Origin: an uncultured Thermococci archaeon
Lineage (GTDB): Archaea; Methanobacteriota_B; Thermococci; Methanofastidiosales; B48-G16
Assembly (NCBI GenBank): GCA_964595645.1
Contig: CAZQQT010000005.1
Coordinates: forward strand, 1-64,000
Length of the DNA stretch: 64,000 nucleotides
Direction of reading: 5' to 3'
Positions 59,844 through 64,000 of this stretch are shown here, in pieces (the first letter of the stretch is position 1; every line of letters starts with the position of its first letter). The position numbers and the translations under genes were made by a program. Under the pieces are notes generated by a model. The model was not told the DNA's origin, did not search any database, and saw only the letters and a list, made by a program, of their open reading frames with translations.

Positions 59844-60671
59844 ATGAAGCGAATAAAGGATCGTCCTCTGACTGAGGACAATGTAAATGACATTATTTGT
59901 TGTCCGGGCGGACGTGAGATAAAAGGAAAGAACCTTGAGGGGAGGATTGAGAGGACAATTGCTTGGCGAATGAAAATGATAAAACTAGGAATGAGTGGTT
60001 TTGTTTCCTATCAAGATGGTTTAGCGAGGGGTTCCATTGAATATATGCCTGCAGAAACTGCTCCATTTCCTATCCAGGCACCTGGAGCTTGTACTCATGT
60101 GTTATCACTGGAAAACGGAGAAAGAGAATAACGAAGAGGAACATCTTGCTCAAGAAAAACGCCTCATTGATTTAGTTGTCGAGGAAACCAAAGATGAATT
60201 CGCCGGGATCGCGACGTTAGGATGGGACAATCCCACACACTTTCCTATATCGTTTTTAGAGGAGATCGGTTTCCAAGAACTGGAGAGAACTGACTACCTG
60301 GCCTTGATGTGGCTCCCCTTCGAAGAAGAAGCTACTCCCCCTGAAATTCCTCCTTCTCAATTTGAACCGCAGGATTTCTCTTCACAGGAATTACTGACAG
60401 TAGAATCTGCATCTAGTAACCGTTGTCCTTACAGCATCCATGAAACTACCCGCCTTACACGGGTGATACATAATTTGCCACAGGAGTACCGCACGCAAAT
60501 ACGTCACTTTTCACATCTTATCGATACCCACCAGGACGCTCTCACATACTCACTCTCTCCTTGGGATTGGGCTGGACGTTTTTTAACGGAAAGGAAATTA
60601 CACTCTTTAAATTAAAATCAGATCAGTTAAATCAGCTGTTACGAGACGAGATAAATAACCTGAAAGCATAA
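59844..60671 (+). pseudogene. GNAT/YoaP-like protein interrupted by two frameshifts
   Basis: Frame switches near 60085 (IEYMPAETAP -> LVLMCY) and near 60572 (WDW -> WTFFNGKEI...NNLKA*). Confidence 0.6.
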
Positions 60672-60989
60672 AAAATGTAACGCTGCTTTGCCGAATAGTA
60701 TTGGAACTACACCTCAGGTAGGCGTACTGTTAGTACGCTAGGAGGGTTATAAAGTGACCGGCGAAACAAAGGAGAGAACAAGAAATGCGCAGATGAGCGG
60801 ACGAGGATAGCTGGCAAAGAAAGAAATTGTAGTTGTGTACGTGAGAGAACTTGGATCATCTTATCTGGGAAATATATGTTTTATCCCTACCATCTCTAAA
60901 ATATATCGCATTGTTTTTTCGACTTTTCAGTTACATGAGCATTTAAGAGCCACGAAAAGGTATTTAAATATAGAAAGGAATATTCTATC

Positions 60990-63386
60990 ATGAATATTTC
61001 TGAATCTACGATTCAGAGAGTAAAGAGGTCATGCAAAAATCTAGCCATATCTCTGATCTTACTGTTTTTTCTTATATCCTTCCTTGGTATCGCAAATGGT
61101 TCAAGAGTTCTCAGAGTTGGACTGTATGAGAATGAACCCAAAATATTTACACAAAACGGAAAGGCTGTAGGATTCTGGCCTGATATCATCCAATATATCG
61201 CTTCCAAAGAGGGGTGGAAAATAGAGTGGGTCCCTGGGACATGGAGGGAATGCCAAGAAAGACTGGAGGCCGGTGAAATAGATATAATGCCAGATGTCGG
61301 ATACACAGAAGAACGAAGTAGAAAATACGCCTTTCAAAATGAGACTGTGTTTATCAGTTGGTCACGAGTCTATGTACCGACAGGATCAAAAATCCAGTCA
61401 TTACCCGATTTAAAAGGTAAAAAGATAGCAGTTCTCAAGAAAAGCGTCAACTATGTAGGAAAAGACGGAATAAAAGAATTAACTGAGAAATTTGGAATTG
61501 AATGTGTATTTGTCGAGTTAGATAATTACATCAGCGTTTTTGAAGTGGTAGAAGCAGAAAAGGTAGGTGCAGGGGTTGTCAACAAAGAGTTTGGTAATAG
61601 ACATGAGCGAAACTATCAAGTTGAAAGAACAGGGATTGTGTTCCAACCCAGTGACCTCAAATTTGCCTTTCCGAAGGATGCCCCCCTGACACCTCACTTA
61701 ATCGAACGCATCGATTACCATATAATCGAGTTAAAGGAGGACAAGGATTCGATCTACTACCAGTCAATGGAACGATATTTTGAGATGGCCATCCCGAGAG
61801 AGCCAGTTGCTCCAGGATGGACGAAGTGGGTGCTGATAGGTATTGTCGCGGTCGTTGCCCTGCTCGCCGGAGGAAATTTTATTTTGAGTCGTCGAGTTGA
61901 ATCCAGAACGAAGGAGCTTCGTGAAAGCGAGGAAAAGTATCGTCGGCTGGCGGAAAATGTTGCCGACGTACTTCTTCAAATAGATCTTGACGGGAATTTT
62001 ACGTACATGAGTAAGAATTTAGAAGAAATCACAGGATACACTCGTGATGAAGTTGAGGGAATGAATATTAAAAATTTTCTTTCCACTAAATCATACGAGA
62101 GAGCTGTCGAGCGAATAAAAAAGTGGAAAGAAGGAGCGGAGAGGTTACCCCCCTACGAAGTAGAGGTAATGACGAAGGACGGTGGAAAGGTGCCCTTCGA
62201 ATTAAACACTTCACCTGTGTTTGAAGACGGCAACCTCACCACCATACAAATAGTGGCAAGAAATATCACCGAACGAAAAAAGGCCGAGTACGAGTTGAAA
62301 AAGAGTGAAGAGAACTACCGCCAGCTCGTCGAGGCGTTGAATGAGGGCATCTGGAGGATAGACGCCGAAGGGTACACCACCTTCGTCAACCCTAAAATGG
62401 CGGAGATGCTCGGGTATACCGTGAAGGAAATGGAGGGAAAGCATCTTTTTGCGTTCATAGACGACGAATGGGTGGAAAAAGCGAAGAAAAATTTGAAAAA
62501 ACGCCGACAGGGAGTAGCGGAGCAGCACGAGTTCATGTTCAGAAAGAAAGATGGAGAGCCAGCATACATGCTGGTGAATACCTCTCCCGTTTTTGATGAC
62601 GGGGGAAGGTATGTCGGAGCCTTGGCGGGTATCACCGATATCACTGAACGCCAAAAAGCAGAAGAACAGCGGGAGGAAGCACGAGAGGAAGCGGAGTTCT
62701 ATGCAGATGTCCTCGCCCACGACATGGGCAACCTCAACCAGATCATGCTCGGATACCTCTATCTTCTCAGAGAGGCAGAAGAGAGAGAAACCATAGAGAA
62801 GAATATAGAATGTGTAAAAAAAACGATTATGGAGGCAAAACGACTGGCAGAGAATATCCAGATGCTAAAAAGAATCAAAGAAACATCTGTAGAGAGGACA
62901 AGCCTTGGCGATGCACTAGAGCGATCCATCGAACGACTGTATAAGTATTTCGATCGAGAAATCGAGATCAATATTACGTTAGATGAGCATTACGTGAATG
63001 CTAACGTCTTCCTCGATGAGGCACTCTTCAGTGTTCTTGAGAATGCGGTGGAGTACACGTTCCACGAACCAGTCACAATCGATATTTTTATCGAGGAGAG
63101 GGACGGTATATGTGACGTGCACATCCGTGACTACGGCATCGGCATCTCGGAACAAAAACGAAAAGACATCCTTGAAAATCTTGAGACACTCTCAAAACGG
63201 ACGGGGATGGGACTCTACCTGACAAAAAGAATTATCGAGAGTTACGGTGGCTCACTGGATATTGAGAAAAAAGAAACCGGCACTGAGGTCGTGCTCAGTA
63301 TCCCTGAGGCGGATACGGAAGATTCGGAAAAGGATGCCCCCCCTCAGCGTGCTGATAAACACCGTAGACAAGGGGGCGATGAGTAA
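60990..63386 (+). CDS. membrane sensor histidine kinase (extracellular substrate-binding domain + 2 PAS)
   Basis: Periplasmic-binding-protein-like domain, TM, PAS x2, AHDMGN H-box, DYGIGI, GMGL. Confidence 0.92.
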   Translation: MNISESTIQRVKRSCKNLAISLILLFFLISFLGIANGSRVLRVGLYENEPKIFTQNGKAVGFWPDIIQYIASKEGWKIEWVPGTWRECQERLEAGEIDIMPDVGYTEERSRKYAFQNETVFISWSRVYVPTGSKIQSLPDLKGKKIAVLKKSVNYVGKDGIKELTEKFGIECVFVELDNYISVFEVVEAEKVGAGVVNKEFGNRHERNYQVERTGIVFQPSDLKFAFPKDAPLTPHLIERIDYHIIELKEDKDSIYYQSMERYFEMAIPREPVAPGWTKWVLIGIVAVVALLAGGNFILSRRVESRTKELRESEEKYRRLAENVADVLLQIDLDGNFTYMSKNLEEITGYTRDEVEGMNIKNFLSTKSYERAVERIKKWKEGAERLPPYEVEVMTKDGGKVPFELNTSPVFEDGNLTTIQIVARNITERKKAEYELKKSEENYRQLVEALNEGIWRIDAEGYTTFVNPKMAEMLGYTVKEMEGKHLFAFIDDEWVEKAKKNLKKRRQGVAEQHEFMFRKKDGEPAYMLVNTSPVFDDGGRYVGALAGITDITERQKAEEQREEAREEAEFYADVLAHDMGNLNQIMLGYLYLLREAEERETIEKNIECVKKTIMEAKRLAENIQMLKRIKETSVERTSLGDALERSIERLYKYFDREIEINITLDEHYVNANVFLDEALFSVLENAVEYTFHEPVTIDIFIEERDGICDVHIRDYGIGISEQKRKDILENLETLSKRTGMGLYLTKRIIESYGGSLDIEKKETGTEVVLSIPEADTEDSEKDAPPQRADKHRRQGGDE

Positions 63387-63751
63387 TGAAGATCCTCGTT
63401 ATCGACGATGAAAAGGTGGTCCTCACTCTTTTCAAGGATATTCTCGAATCTGTGGGTCATGAGGTGCAGATCGCCATTGACGGAGAGATTGGAATCGCGC
63501 TAGTGAAGGAGGCACTAGAAAACGGAGACGCATTCGATCTTGTGGTTATGGACTACCGGATGCATGGGATGGATGGAATGGAAGTCTCCGAGGAGATCTG
63601 GGTCATGGATGATGATACCCCCATCATGTTCGCCAGTGCCGATCCCACCATCAAAAAAGAGGCACTGCATAAAGGGGCCGTGAGCTTCCTCCACAAATCT
63701 TTCAATCTCGACAAGCTTGTGGATGAAGTAGAAAGAATAATGAGGAAATAA
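63386..63751 (+). CDS. single-domain response regulator
   Basis: ILVIDDE, MDYRM, FASA, HKSF; stop-start overlap with the kinase. Confidence 0.95.
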   Translation: MKILVIDDEKVVLTLFKDILESVGHEVQIAIDGEIGIALVKEALENGDAFDLVVMDYRMHGMDGMEVSEEIWVMDDDTPIMFASADPTIKKEALHKGAVSFLHKSFNLDKLVDEVERIMRK

Positions 63752-64000
63752 TAAACAAAAGAAAGTCTTCTCCTTCCATATCTTCTGATCATGCTGCTGC
63801 ACTCGTGGATACACCTATAAATCCTAATATCTCTATACTCCACGATTGCTGGTACATAGGATCATATACAAAAAGATTTATGGAGGTAATTAAGACACAA
63901 ATGTCTTGACAATGGTTAGATGCACTCTGAGAACGCCGATCCTGTTTCTATCAAAGTAAAGGTAACGTATGGAGATACATATGATTCGCTTGAAGCGGAA

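Overview
Archaeal genomic window. Kae1/Bud32, rpS15/rpS3ae, tetraether synthase and TATA/BRE promoters point to an archaeon, and the gene content looks Thermococci-like, possibly Methanofastidiosia/Theionarchaea (inference). The left arm has smc, a MazG-like gene, tRNA-Thr, a PAS kinase and EamA transporters. The centre (~11.4-43.7 kb) is a defence island. It holds two CRISPR arrays with one 30-nt repeat, transcribed on the minus strand (20 repeats; 63 plus 1 degenerate). It also holds a type III-C Cmr operon whose Cas10 keeps HD but lacks GGDD, cas4-1-2, a type I-B effector operon, a single cas6, several toxin-antitoxin modules and an inserted amino-acid uptake cluster. The right arm is housekeeping: KEOPS genes, a DHH-Pcc1-like fusion, ribosomal proteins, tRNA-Arg, tes and a two-component system. 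The top candidate for a new system is a solitary perfect CRISPR repeat at 11744-11773. Its short, poly-U-terminated downstream guide (TCGGAAGGGA) exactly matches the promoter of the adjacent uncharacterised 2-TM membrane gene, next to an ACT triplet. This suggests CreTA/CreR-like Cascade repression, possibly with Cmr silencing of the same mRNA. All calls come from reading the sequence and motifs; no database searches were run.
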